This document shows, piece by piece, positions 1 through 9,629 of a stretch of DNA of 32,000 nucleotides (its first letter is position 1; every line of letters begins with the position of its first letter). Under the pieces are notes generated by a model. That model was not told where the DNA came from and searched no databases. It saw nothing but the letters and a program-made list of their open reading frames with translations. The stretch comes from Desulfatiglandales bacterium (lineage in GTDB: Bacteria; Desulfobacterota; DSM-4660; Desulfatiglandales; HGW-15), in contig JBMNCO010000209.1 of NCBI GenBank assembly GCA_049366815.1, positions 17,464 to 49,463 on the forward strand, read 5' to 3'. The position numbers and the translations under genes were made by a program.

Positions 1-867
1 CTACCCGGTCCCATTTATACAGGTTGATGGATGTAACCAGAAGCTCCTTTTATCTCTATCTGAACCGTTGTTATATCCAACAGGAAGACTCGACTCCGAA
101 TATGAACAGGAAAAGCCGTTGTCGCGATCGTGATCCACCCGGATGCTATTATGAACCGTTTGCGCCAAAAGATGTGTCTTACCCATCCCTTGAAGAATTG
201 ATCTGCGCAAGATCGTCACCATGATACTCCACGAAGAACAACTCCCAAAACCACATCTCCTGCGCTATAGAGGGGTCTTCGCACGCAACCACAGATTTAT
301 CCTCAAAACCTTGCATCTGCAGCATCATCGACTTTTTCAATTTTAGGGTAAAGAGAATTCTTCATCGTGCGGACTCACCCGAATTTGGTCGGTCGCCTCA
401 TAGGATAACCACCCGAATGGTGATTGACGGGTGAACGTGAATAAGCCTAATTGCCTAATATTATTATGCAATTTTCATGCTCAAAATAAAACTGGATCCA
501 CTCCTCATGATTTCAGACAGTTAGTGGGCACCAAAGATCGAAAGTGGATAGTGTGTGTATTTGTCTGCAACCGAAATGAGTAAAACATTGCAAATTTATA
601 TCAAGATTTTACATGTGGAGGAATTTCGCCTCATGCCCGGATCAAGGCTTTAAGTGGAGGATACCACGTAGTCACAAGCGCTGCAGTTCATTCCCACCGT
701 ATCAATGCAGTCGCCGTTGACATTCACGCTGCCATTTCAGTGCCCTGCCCGGGCTTTGCTTGAAAATTTACTGAGTTTTTCATATCATGCGCATTCGGTC
801 CCAGGTGCTCAAAATGAACAACCACATCAGTAAAATTCAAATCCTTGCTTTGAAAGTGAGATGACCA

Positions 868-2076
868 TTGATTTCTAACGGCAGCCTCGATTCGAGCCAT
901 TCAAACCTCCCTTCGTTTCGATCCCAGTTGGGACCGCTTCTATTCTTGGCCGCGATCTTTTTCATGAATTTTATGGGAAGGATCATAATGGCACCTCTCA
1001 TGCCCATCATCGAGCAGGATCTGAACATCTCCCATGGTGCAGCGGGATCACTCTTTCTGCTGACGTCCTTGGGCTACTTCCCGGGTATTATAGGCTCCGG
1101 ATTTATCTCCTCTAGACTCAATCACCGCAGGACGATCTTCCTCTCCTCCGCTATCCTTGGAATCGCACTGCTGGGCATCTCCCAATGCAATAATTTGTGG
1201 TCTATCCGTATCGGGTTGATCATCATGGGGTTTTTTGCAGGCTTCTACATCCCGTCGGGCATCGCAACGTTGACCGCTATGGTCAGCTCAAGGCATTGGG
1301 GTAAGGCGCTGGCCATTCACGAGTTGGCCCCTACCTTGAGTTTTCTTGCTGCACCGCTGATCTCGGAGGCCCTGGCGGATTGGCTTCCCTGGCGTGGCAT
1401 TGTGGGCCTTCTCGGAGCCATCGCCCTGCTCCTTGCTGTAGGATTTCTACGGTTCGGCAAGGGTGGAGATTTCTTTGGAGAGGCTCCGGGCCTCAAATCT
1501 TTCAAAATTATTCTGGCAGAGCGCGGCTTCTGGATCATGGTGCTGCTCTTTGGCTTGGCGGTTGGCGGGACCATGGGAATCTACGCCATGCTTCCCCTCT
1601 ACCTGGTGGTTGAGAAGGGCCTCGAGCGAAACTGGGCCAACACCCTGGTTGCAGCTTCCAGGGTGGCGGTCCCGGCCGTGACCTTCCTTTCAGGATGGGC
1701 GACGGATTTCTTCGGTGCCAAAAAAATGTTGTTCGGTGTTTTTTGGTCGGCAGGCATAATGACCATCCTCTTGGGGATGACAGAGGGCAAGTGGCTCGTG
1801 ATTTTTATTTTTCTGCAGCCTCTGATGTGCAGCAGCTTTTTCCCTGCGGGCTTTGCCGCCCTGTCAAGAGCGGTTCCGTCGGCCGTTCAAAACGTGGCCG
1901 TATCCTTCACAACACCCTTCGGTTTCCTGATCGGCGGCGGCCTCATCCCCGCTCTCATAGGCATGGCGGGCGATGCCGGAAACTTTTCCCTCGGCATCCT
2001 CTTTGTAGGGCTCCTCATGTTCTCCGCTGGGTTCCTGCCGCATTTTCTAATGACCGGAAAACCCGCTGAGCAATGA
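868..2076 (+). CDS. MFS-family membrane transporter
   Basis: 402-aa ORF that is hydrophobic throughout, with about 12 helix-like segments. It has an MFS motif-A-like loop after TM2 (GFISSRLNHRRTIF). The start is TTG at 868; the first in-frame ATG (964) would remove TM1. Confidence 0.8.
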   Translation: MISNGSLDSSHSNLPSFRSQLGPLLFLAAIFFMNFMGRIIMAPLMPIIEQDLNISHGAAGSLFLLTSLGYFPGIIGSGFISSRLNHRRTIFLSSAILGIALLGISQCNNLWSIRIGLIIMGFFAGFYIPSGIATLTAMVSSRHWGKALAIHELAPTLSFLAAPLISEALADWLPWRGIVGLLGAIALLLAVGFLRFGKGGDFFGEAPGLKSFKIILAERGFWIMVLLFGLAVGGTMGIYAMLPLYLVVEKGLERNWANTLVAASRVAVPAVTFLSGWATDFFGAKKMLFGVFWSAGIMTILLGMTEGKWLVIFIFLQPLMCSSFFPAGFAALSRAVPSAVQNVAVSFTTPFGFLIGGGLIPALIGMAGDAGNFSLGILFVGLLMFSAGFLPHFLMTGKPAEQ

Positions 2077-2167
2077 TCATGCATCATATAGTCGACTCTT
2101 TCTCCAAAGAGGTGTGCATCGTTGCACAAACAATGAGACAACCAATCAGTAACCTTCGCTAAATTTG

Positions 2168-2248
2168 CAAAGACGATGAATCAGGCTGAGCGCTGGATGC
2201 TCATAGCAGACCGCTCCATCCGGAAATCACGCGTTTCTGGATGGGAAC
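2168..2248 (+). repeat. Intergenic structured repeat, copy A (partial; core plus terminal hairpin)
   Basis: The stretch caaagacgatgaatcAGGCTGAGCGCTGgATGC...AGCAGACCGCTCCATCCGGAAATCAcgcgTTTCTGGATGGgAAC aligns with 14850-14936 and, as reverse complement, with 9630-9700 and 2429-2490. The 11-bp hairpin arms are at 2216-2226 and 2234-2244. Confidence 0.8.
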
Positions 2249-2351
2249 GCATCAAGCAGATCGTGGCCGGGCAGCCGCTTTAAAAATGGGTATCAATAGG
2301 GCGCACCAAAAAATAAGGGTTTCAGCGAAATGCCGAAACCCTTGATATTTC

Positions 2352-2428
2352 TGGCGCGCCTGGGAAGATTCGAACCCCCGACCTGCGGATTAGAAGTCCG
2401 CTGCTCTATCCGACTGAGCTACAGGCGC
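2352..2428 (-). tRNA. tRNA-Arg (anticodon UCU), CCA encoded
   Basis: The reverse complement reads GCGCCTG TA GCTC AGTCGGATA GAGC A GCGGA CTTCTAA TCCGC AGGTC GGGGG TTCGAAT CTTCC CAGGCGC G CCA. This is a full cloverleaf with a 7-bp acceptor stem, the TTCGAAT T-loop and anticodon TCT. Confidence 0.93.
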
Positions 2429-2564
2429 ATGATTTCTGGATGGAACGGTCTGCAGTCAGCATTCCGCCCTCAACCTGATGCCTTGTATTTTTGCGTCGTT
2501 TTTGCTGACACCTGGGCGCCGACTGCTATTGGCGCGGATCCGGGAATACGCATTTCCGGATGGG
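2429..2564 (-). repeat. Intergenic structured repeat, copy B, abutting the 5' end of tRNA-Arg
   Basis: The stretch atgATTTCTGGATGGaacggtctgcagtcagcattccgccctcaacctgatgccttgta... matches copy C (9645-9710) in the same orientation. A second hairpin, ATCCGGGAAT acgc ATTTCCGGAT, sits at 2538-2561. The proximal hairpin lacks its left arm, and the tRNA 5' end begins there instead. Confidence 0.75.
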
Positions 2565-2776
2565 TACAACCTAAAAACGATTGCATCAATTCCATGAGAC
2601 AGTGAGATAAATCTACATTCAACCCGAGGTCTTTTGCAAGCCTTTTTCCGGGCCTCTGGAAACTTTGATAACGTTCCCCTTCCCTGCTGAAAAACCTCGT
2701 GGTTCCTTCAACCTTGAGACGGCTGCAATGCACGACACCATCCCACATCCACGTACGCCAGGGGCCTTCTTCTGTC

Positions 2777-4144
2777 CTACTCGGTTGATATGCGGCCTAA
2801 AATTTCTTCGATCAGACCGTTGCTGCCGCCATTGAGAACCTGGCGCAAAAGAAAATTCGTGTTCCGCTCGAGCTGGTTCATGGTATCTGCAAGGGCCCTT
2901 AGTTGGATGAGCATTTTTCGTGACCTCTCCCGGGAAGAAATTCTCAGGTTTGGAGAGGAGAGCAATTCAATCAGCCGTTCGAGCGTTGCCGAGTTGTACC
3001 GGTCATAATTCTCGTATAGGAGATCGACCCATGCCTTCTTTTCTTCCTCAGGGATTTTGTCATAGCGGCCGATGATGTCCGGGTCCTGACCAAATCTAAG
3101 TGAATCCTTCAACCTGTTGATCGTACCCCAGATGCTCTTTGTCTTTTCCTCATCCGTGGGGAACACATTGAAAATCGCTTTCCAGCGTTCCTCTATCTGC
3201 ATGATGATCCACTGTTCGCCTTTATCAGGAGGCAGAGCAAGCTCAAGAAATCGATTCTGGACATTAATCAAATCCTTGCAGAGATGCCCGCACCCGTCAT
3301 CCAGGTTCAGGATCGCTTTATTGAGATCTTCGATTGCCCTTTTCTTGGTGATTCTCTGTGGCGTGTCATCCAAGACCTCATCTTCCCATCGATCCCTCAG
3401 ATTTCCGATCTCCATTTTGATCAGGGAAAATATGAGGCCTGACTTTGTTATGGCGTTTCTGAGGGAATCAGCAAGGATATTGCATGCATTCAGCCTGTCT
3501 TTTGCCACCTGCTGCATCGCCGTCAAGGAATCCCGCCGAAGTTTATATGAAAGGAGTTCCGTTCCGAGTGATCTGGAGAGCCTCTTTATCACCTTTGTTT
3601 CGGCGCTTCCCAACCTGATGCTCTGACTCTGAAAATGGATCTTGATGACGGCCACCACCACATAGTCATAATCTTTCCATAGGATGTTGCCGTTTGAGTC
3701 TCTTGCATAATCGGGGGGAGGGTTCAGGTCAAAATGAAGATCTGACTTGCGGACAAGCACGGGTTCCATGTGGTGGCAATCTTCGTGTACGCCCTCGACC
3801 TGCATCCTGACGCTTCTCACGTCTCTTGTCGGATCTACCGCGGTCCAGCTTTTTTGTTTTTCAACGCACCATGCCATGGCTTCAAGGGGTCGCTCTGCAT
3901 CGTCCCTGTAATCAGACCATGGCCTACCTGGAGGGTTGTACCCGGATATCTCAGGGAGACCCCAGGAAATCGTATGCCTTTCAGAATCAATAATCCCGGA
4001 TGTAATCCGTTTTGCGATGAGATCAGGGTGCCTGCCGATTGTATAGATTGTCCCCTTATAGGCACTGGGAAGAGAGAAGAGAATTGTCTCGATCATATTC
4101 CTGCAGGCCTTTTCCAAAAAGGCCCCTTCAATCTCAATAGACAA
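2777..4144 (-). CDS. Uncharacterized 455-aa protein (globular N-terminal region followed by a long helical region)
   Basis: The ORF track gives 2777..4255. I prefer TTG at 4144, which has AGGGAGGGAGGA 8 nt upstream; the ORF segment above it is AT-rich and promoter-like. I recognise no catalytic motif. Confidence 0.6.
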   Translation of the reverse strand: MSIEIEGAFLEKACRNMIETILFSLPSAYKGTIYTIGRHPDLIAKRITSGIIDSERHTISWGLPEISGYNPPGRPWSDYRDDAERPLEAMAWCVEKQKSWTAVDPTRDVRSVRMQVEGVHEDCHHMEPVLVRKSDLHFDLNPPPDYARDSNGNILWKDYDYVVVAVIKIHFQSQSIRLGSAETKVIKRLSRSLGTELLSYKLRRDSLTAMQQVAKDRLNACNILADSLRNAITKSGLIFSLIKMEIGNLRDRWEDEVLDDTPQRITKKRAIEDLNKAILNLDDGCGHLCKDLINVQNRFLELALPPDKGEQWIIMQIEERWKAIFNVFPTDEEKTKSIWGTINRLKDSLRFGQDPDIIGRYDKIPEEEKKAWVDLLYENYDRYNSATLERLIELLSSPNLRISSRERSRKMLIQLRALADTMNQLERNTNFLLRQVLNGGSNGLIEEILGRISTE

Positions 4145-4283
4145 AGATTTTTGTCCTCCCTCCCTTTGGAAATTATCACCTGAACCGATTTTAAAACAAA
4201 TTAGTCTAGATGTTTTTTTTATTTTGTCAATTAAAATAAAACTGACTCTTGACAATCCCTGAGCCCGATGTCAGACTTTGTCC

Positions 4284-5138
4284 ATGTCTGAGCCCGTCAT
4301 AAATATCGAGTACCTTCCTCGTCTCACCGACCCCCTTTTTATAGCCGGTTTTGAAGGCTGGGGAAATGCCCTTGATCTGTCCAGGGGAATGGTGGACTAT
4401 CTCATCCGGAAGTTGGATGCCCAGCCTTTTGGAAGGTTGAATCCCGACATCTTTTACCGGTTTGACGAAACGCGCCCCACGGTTGAGGTCAAAAATGGGT
4501 TTCTCGAGGTCCTGAAACCACCCGAAGGCTTGCTACACGTCGTCCAAAGGGGTCTTTCCGGCAGAGATATCATCATACTGAAGGCAGTGGAACCTCATCT
4601 CCGATGGGCCCAATTTGTGGACACCCTTCTTTCACTATGTGACAAGATCGGGGTGAAGACGATCATCAGCCTGGGAAGCATGTATGACAATGTCCTTCAC
4701 ACCGACAGACTCGTTTCCGCACTTGCATCCAGTGCCGCGCTTCTCGATGCATTGAAGCAAAAGCACGTAAATCCGGTGAATTACCACGGCCCCAGTGCCA
4801 TTCACACAACGATTCATGCTGAGGCCCAGAACAGAGGATTTGAATCCATCAGTCTGTGGTGTCATTGTCCGTATTACCTTCAGGGGACCACCCATTTTGG
4901 ACTTTTATCCCATTTAGGCGCCCTTCTATCATCCTGGGGAGACTTTGATCTGGATATTTCTGAACTTGAAAACACCTGGGAAGAACTAGCCAAACAGATT
5001 CAGGGGCTCATAGACAAAAATCCGGAACTTCAAACGATGGTCAATGATATTCGGAAGACGAAAATGAAAGGGTCATGGGATGTCTCGAAGAAAGGGGACA
5101 AGGTCATTCATTTTGAGGATTTTTTCAAGCCCAAGTAG
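4284..5138 (+). CDS. PAC2-family protein (proteasome-assembly-chaperone-2-like fold)
   Basis: The N-terminal segment ...LTDPLFIAGFEGWGNALDLSRGMVDYL... and the overall length of about 285 aa resemble bacterial PAC2 (PF09754-type) proteins. The start could be ATG 4284 or TTG 4278. Confidence 0.65.
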   Translation: MSEPVINIEYLPRLTDPLFIAGFEGWGNALDLSRGMVDYLIRKLDAQPFGRLNPDIFYRFDETRPTVEVKNGFLEVLKPPEGLLHVVQRGLSGRDIIILKAVEPHLRWAQFVDTLLSLCDKIGVKTIISLGSMYDNVLHTDRLVSALASSAALLDALKQKHVNPVNYHGPSAIHTTIHAEAQNRGFESISLWCHCPYYLQGTTHFGLLSHLGALLSSWGDFDLDISELENTWEELAKQIQGLIDKNPELQTMVNDIRKTKMKGSWDVSKKGDKVIHFEDFFKPK

Positions 5139-5333
5139 CGGATGTCGTTATTTCTTCAAGGTCGGAACCTCACGCGTCTAAACCATTCCTGTTTTTTATC
5201 CAACCGCATCAAAGAATTAGGGTACAGAGCTGCAATGTCACCCGCCCCGGCCGCGTTATGACAGGCCGGCAGGGGCTTGCGCGCATTCAAGAATCGGGGT
5301 TCTTTACAGGTCCGAACTCTGAGGCCTTCTCCA

Positions 5334-6077
5334 TCACGGGGCGGTCTCTTTCACGCGCTCCACAAGGGCGGAGATAACATCCCCGGCGCTGCCTTCAAGG
5401 AAAATATCTGTCAGGGTGTCCGTCAGGTGCGTTTTTTCCTTGTTGATCTCGATGAGTTTGGCCCCTACCCTTTTGGCTGTCGTTGGTATGGTGTTTGCCG
5501 GGGACACAATGGCGGATGTTCCCACAATGAGGAGCGCCTGAGCGGATACGGCCAATTTAAAGGAACGGTTGAGCGCATCCGAGGGGATCGCTTCACCGAA
5601 AAAGACGACATCCGGCTTGAGGACCTTGCCACATGTGCACTTGGGGGTGGGTTCCTCCCTTTTCTCTTCGGCTGTATATTTTTTCCCGCACCACAGGCAT
5701 GAAAGTGAGCTCGAGTTGCCGTGATATTCAATGACATTCTTGGACCCCCCGGCCCGGTGTAGATTGTCGACATTCTGGGTGATGACACAGTGCAGAAAAC
5801 CCAACCGCTCCAATTCCCCCATGCCAAGGTGTGCCCTGTTGGGCCTTGCCCGGGCCACCAACTCGTCCATCTCGCGAAGCATACGCCAGACCTTCTCCGG
5901 GTCCTGTCTGAAGGCGTCGATATTGGCATATTCCGCAGGGTCATATTTTGACCACAACCCCCCGGCACTTCGAAAATCGGGGATGCCCGATTCCACGGAT
6001 ATACCGGCGCCGGTCAACGCCAATGTCAACTTTGAGTTGCAGATGATTTCTGCGGCGCGATCTATCTGCCCAACCAT
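5334..6077 (-). CDS. cobB: NAD-dependent protein deacylase, Sir2/CobB family
   Basis: It carries GAGISVESGIPDFRS, the catalytic region ITQNVDNLHRAGG, Zn cysteines CLWCG...CTCG and VVFFGE, followed by GTS. GGAGAC lies 7 nt upstream of the ATG. Confidence 0.9.
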   Translation of the reverse strand: MVGQIDRAAEIICNSKLTLALTGAGISVESGIPDFRSAGGLWSKYDPAEYANIDAFRQDPEKVWRMLREMDELVARARPNRAHLGMGELERLGFLHCVITQNVDNLHRAGGSKNVIEYHGNSSSLSCLWCGKKYTAEEKREEPTPKCTCGKVLKPDVVFFGEAIPSDALNRSFKLAVSAQALLIVGTSAIVSPANTIPTTAKRVGAKLIEINKEKTHLTDTLTDIFLEGSAGDVISALVERVKETAP

Positions 6078-6272
6078 GTTAGAGTCTCCATTTTAAAAGC
6101 ACATGAAATGATCACGAGAAAGGCATTTGCTTCGCAAGTCTTGTCATCTCCTCATATGATTTCATGTTCATCTTGTGTCCAGTCCCAGGGCCGCTTCGGC
6201 GCGGCATCACAATACAGCGATCCGTTCTTTTTGCCAGGACGCCGCGCCGGCGTGAGACGGGAATGCGGCACA

Positions 6273-6476
6273 TTACTGATCCAAGGCCTCCAGAGCCCGT
6301 TTCAGGCACTCCGTGCACCTTGCGTTTATTTCTATCATTTCACGAATATATTGGGCACTGGCCGTTTTCTCCGCCCTCTCCAATTCTGCGGCAAAGGCGC
6401 TGTAATCTTCCTGGTGATGATCATTATGGCTGATCCAGTGTTCCATCCTGATTCTGGCTCTTTCCAGAAATTCCAT
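6273..6476 (-). CDS. Small helical His-rich hypothetical protein (67 aa)
   Basis: GGAGG lies 7 nt upstream of the ATG. The protein contains the HWISHNDHHQED stretch and CTEC near the C-terminus. I recognise no family with confidence. Confidence 0.5.
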   Translation of the reverse strand: MEFLERARIRMEHWISHNDHHQEDYSAFAAELERAEKTASAQYIREMIEINARCTECLKRALEALDQ

Positions 6477-6893
6477 GAGGTGCCTCCGGATTACCTAGCA
6501 ATAATAAGACCATAACACATGCGGAAAGGGGACACAAGCCAAAGAATCCACCTTGATTCACGATCAAGACATCATTTGCGAGGCTTCCTTCGCTCGTTCC
6601 TTCCTGCCGCGTATCGCTCATAGGCCTCACAGTCGTCACCCCTCGAAGCCCTGCATCAAATACCTTGCCGGTCCCCGGGGTGCAACAGAATCGCTTGGTC
6701 TCATTGATGATCTAAAAATTTGACGGCGGATTCAGATGCAGCCCCCTTCCTGGATCTTTCCAGAAAACATGGTCTCTTTAAAAGTGATGCAGAAAAATTT
6801 TCAAGTGGCAAATGCAGGCTGAGTGAAGGAGGTTGGGACCATAAAAGGCAACAGGAGAGCACATTCGCAAATGGTTTACGGTTTAAGGTTAAA

Positions 6894-7646
6894 TCAATAG
6901 GGGATTCTCACCGAAAAGGTGGCGCCTTTTCCGGCATCACTCTCGAGAAAGAGTTCGCCTCCCATATCCTCAATGAGTACCATTACGCCCGCAAGACCCA
7001 ATCCGTGCCCTCTCACGCAGTGATCCGCCCTCATGTCCATTTGGAAATAGCATTCGAATATCTTTTGATGATAACTTGACGGGATTCCCTCACCATCATC
7101 TTTCACGCGAATGAAGAGTGAGCCGTCGAGGTCTCTAAATTCCAGCTCAACCTCATTTTTTCGGTACTTCAAGGCGTTCATCAACAGATTTCTGAAAATC
7201 TGTCTGACCTTGCTCTGATCCATTGAGACTTGTCTTTCCCACAAATCTTCCTCGATCTCCAGGTTGATGCCGTGCTGACTCATCGTTTTCTTGAGAGCCG
7301 ACAGCTTTTCACAACGCCTGATTGCCTCTGCGGCGTCGTTATTTGTAAGATCGAAGACCTCGACCAGCGTCTGCCCGATAAAGCTCGACACCTTGAACTC
7401 GGTTTTGTGTATGATGCCTTTCGCCGATCTCCCCAGTTCCAGGGTATCATTGACAAGGGTCCGGGTCACAAGGGTGTTTCTCAGCACCCTGTGGAGCACC
7501 TTCTCCTGTTGCTCAGTAAGGGCACCGTATTTCTTTGTTTTCTGTAACAAAGACAAGACCCCCGCCTCGATGACGGCCAGGGGGACTTTGAGGTCATGGA
7601 TCAGGAAATCAAATTTTATTCTGTTGTTAGACATATCGTTCTTCAT
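6894..7646 (-). CDS. Histidine kinase, DHp plus HATPase_c only (no TM or sensor domain)
   Basis: The H-box is FLIHDLKVPLAVI, the N-box is LLMNALKY, G1 is DDGEGIP and G2 is GHGLGLAGV. At 250 aa it starts directly at the DHp domain. Confidence 0.85.
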   Translation of the reverse strand: MKNDMSNNRIKFDFLIHDLKVPLAVIEAGVLSLLQKTKKYGALTEQQEKVLHRVLRNTLVTRTLVNDTLELGRSAKGIIHKTEFKVSSFIGQTLVEVFDLTNNDAAEAIRRCEKLSALKKTMSQHGINLEIEEDLWERQVSMDQSKVRQIFRNLLMNALKYRKNEVELEFRDLDGSLFIRVKDDGEGIPSSYHQKIFECYFQMDMRADHCVRGHGLGLAGVMVLIEDMGGELFLESDAGKGATFSVRIPY

Positions 7647-7678
7647 GAATAGAGTCCGGGGATTGTTGTAAAAATAGG

Positions 7679-8533
7679 TTATGAAAAGACAATGCCGACG
7701 TAGCCCACAAAGCTGCTGTCCGGCGTGATGTCATAGCTGGTTGCATAGATGAGTTCATAGCCGCGACTTGCTCCAAGCCTCTTTGCGCCGGCAATGGCCG
7801 TCGCAGCGGCCCCTGAACAGCAGGCATTGCCATTCTTTATTGATTCTTTTATGACCTCCTCCGCATTCATCTTGAGCATGTGATCGACGACACTTCTGTC
7901 ATTATGTTTCTTCACCCAATCGACCGCTTCCCTGCCCACCCCCTTAGGCGTGAACCCATAATTGTATCCATAGTGGGTGAGATCGGTCGAACCTAGGACC
8001 AAAATATTCCGTCCCATGGTCTCGGCCAATTCAACCAACTTCTCCCCGATTTTCAGAGAGGCGGTCACGGGCGGAACCCCCAGGGGCAGGATCATTGAAT
8101 TGGGGAAAAAGTGCTTCACGAAAGGCAGCTGGACCTCAATGGTGTTATCCTGTTCGTAATCGAGCGCGGACTCCACATGAAAGTCAAATTTGGAAGCAAG
8201 GGCCTCTCCAAGGTCCTGATCGATCGACAGCGGACCAAGCGGCGTATCCCATTGCCCTTCTTTCATGATGTAGTTTCTACTGCCGGGGCGCAAGTGCCTC
8301 CCAAAGATCGCAATCGTATCGGGGTGAGAAGCCTGACCGAGGCATTTGATGACGTTACAGGCAATCCTCCCCGAATAGAACCAACCTGCATGGGGTACGA
8401 TTCCTCCAAGCCATTTTGTATCTTTCCCGGGACACGGAACACCCTCTGATTCGAACTCCGCGATAATCTGAAGACAATCAGAGGCCTTGCCCGGATACCA
8501 GCTTCCAGCGAAGTCCGATTTCCTTACAGGCAT
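7679..8533 (-). CDS. amrB: Memo-like protein (AmmeMemoRadiSam system protein B family)
   Basis: The N-terminus MPVRKSDFAGSWYPG..., then HAGWFYSG and GSTDLTHYG, are typical of the MEMO1/AmrB family. I chose ATG 8533 (GGGAGGGAG upstream) rather than GTG 8563. Confidence 0.8.
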   Translation of the reverse strand: MPVRKSDFAGSWYPGKASDCLQIIAEFESEGVPCPGKDTKWLGGIVPHAGWFYSGRIACNVIKCLGQASHPDTIAIFGRHLRPGSRNYIMKEGQWDTPLGPLSIDQDLGEALASKFDFHVESALDYEQDNTIEVQLPFVKHFFPNSMILPLGVPPVTASLKIGEKLVELAETMGRNILVLGSTDLTHYGYNYGFTPKGVGREAVDWVKKHNDRSVVDHMLKMNAEEVIKESIKNGNACCSGAAATAIAGAKRLGASRGYELIYATSYDITPDSSFVGYVGIVFS

Positions 8534-8842
8534 TCCTGCTCCCTCCCGCTTCAGTCCTTTCACAACCTATAGGGTTCCGGCTCAGGCCAGATCGCCCTGA
8601 ATTGCGAACTTGTTTATAATACGAGTTTTGTGGGCGGGGCCGTTCCCATGGTCAACGCTCTTAAGGCGGCTTGGCGTTTGGTCCCGCCGGTGATCATAAA
8701 GGTCTTATTGATCTTTTTGTCTTTCCTTTTTTCATGTTATTTTAATATACACAAATTTTCGGATTTAGGGAAATATGAATTTATATTTTATGTTCCCCCT
8801 TTTAGCTTAATCCTTGCAGTCAATTCAATGAGGTACCATGAT

Positions 8843-9457
8843 ATGCCTTCAAATATTTCAGAATGGATCGTGATGATCCCTGTTCTTCTGTTTTCCATCA
8901 CCATCCATGAATATTCCCACGGCAAAGCCGCTCTCTCCCTAGGGGACCCGACAGCCAAAAACGCGGGCAGGCTCTCCCTCAACCCCATCATCCATATTGA
9001 TCTCATCGGCGCCTTGTGCCTGATCCTCTTTCATTTTGGATGGGCCAAGCCCGTACCGGTCGATACCAGAAATTTCAAGAACATAAGACGTGACACGGTC
9101 CTCATGTCCCTAAGCGGTCCGGTGGCCAACTTCGCAGCAGCTTTTGTCGCAGGACTCTTTTATCGATATTTTCCGCTCAACATGGAGATCTACCAATTGG
9201 CGTTGTTCTATTTGGTCCTCTTTAATACCGCCCTGGGCCTCTTCAATCTCTTGCCCATTCCGCCCCTGGATGGGTCTCACGTTCTTGAAAACATCCTTCC
9301 TCCCAAGGCATCAATGAGGTTTCGGGAGTTTGGAAGGTTTGCCCCCCTCCTGTTGTTTGGGATCTTGATGACGGATAGATTTCTCCAGATAGGCATAGTC
9401 GCGAAACTCCTCAATGCTCCAATCAGGATCCTGATTCGTCTTTTTATGGGTATCTGA
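8843..9457 (+). CDS. Site-2 protease family (peptidase M50) membrane protein
   Basis: It has the HEYSHG zinc motif in TM1, then GRLSLNPIIHIDLIG, and the LLPIPPLDGSHV motif. The track ORF starts at 8630, but 8700-8830 is AT-rich and non-coding-like. ATG 8843 has GAGG 9 nt upstream. Confidence 0.8.
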   Translation: MPSNISEWIVMIPVLLFSITIHEYSHGKAALSLGDPTAKNAGRLSLNPIIHIDLIGALCLILFHFGWAKPVPVDTRNFKNIRRDTVLMSLSGPVANFAAAFVAGLFYRYFPLNMEIYQLALFYLVLFNTALGLFNLLPIPPLDGSHVLENILPPKASMRFREFGRFAPLLLFGILMTDRFLQIGIVAKLLNAPIRILIRLFMGI

Positions 9458-9629
9458 GCCCTGACGGACTGCCGGGAAACACGGCTCAGAGTAAGCGGGG
9501 TGAATACTTCTCAGAGCGGGATCACATTTATGATGCCTGTCATTGATCCTCCGGGTTCGTGAACAAAATTCTTTTTGTGCCGGCCAGCGATTTTGGTGTG
9601 TCTTCCGAGGTCTGTGGACGCGTTTGTTT

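Noticed and set aside
1-222. Edge ORFs at the left border: a minus-strand 73-aa ORF, a plus-strand 66-aa ORF with ...RSSFYLYLNR... faintly like an IS3 HTH, and a plus-strand frame ending at 133.
   Set aside because: These are fragments in three frames with no recognisable domain and no RBS. They may be a decayed gene or IS remnant, but I cannot support any call.
2330-2605. ORFs spanning the structured repeats (2330-2605 +, 2470-2748 -, 9559-9774 +, 14688-14918 -), which give similar peptides.
   Set aside because: They overlap a tRNA gene or hairpin repeats and have no RBS. Their similarity is explained by the nucleotide repeat itself.
5334-6077. SIR2-domain protein as a possible defence effector (Thoeris, DSR or SIR2-HerA type).
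   Set aside because: The protein is 247 aa and has the complete CobB/Sir2 deacylase motifs and the Zn-Cys4 module. It has no extra sensor or partner domain and no adjacent defence genes. It looks like a housekeeping sirtuin.
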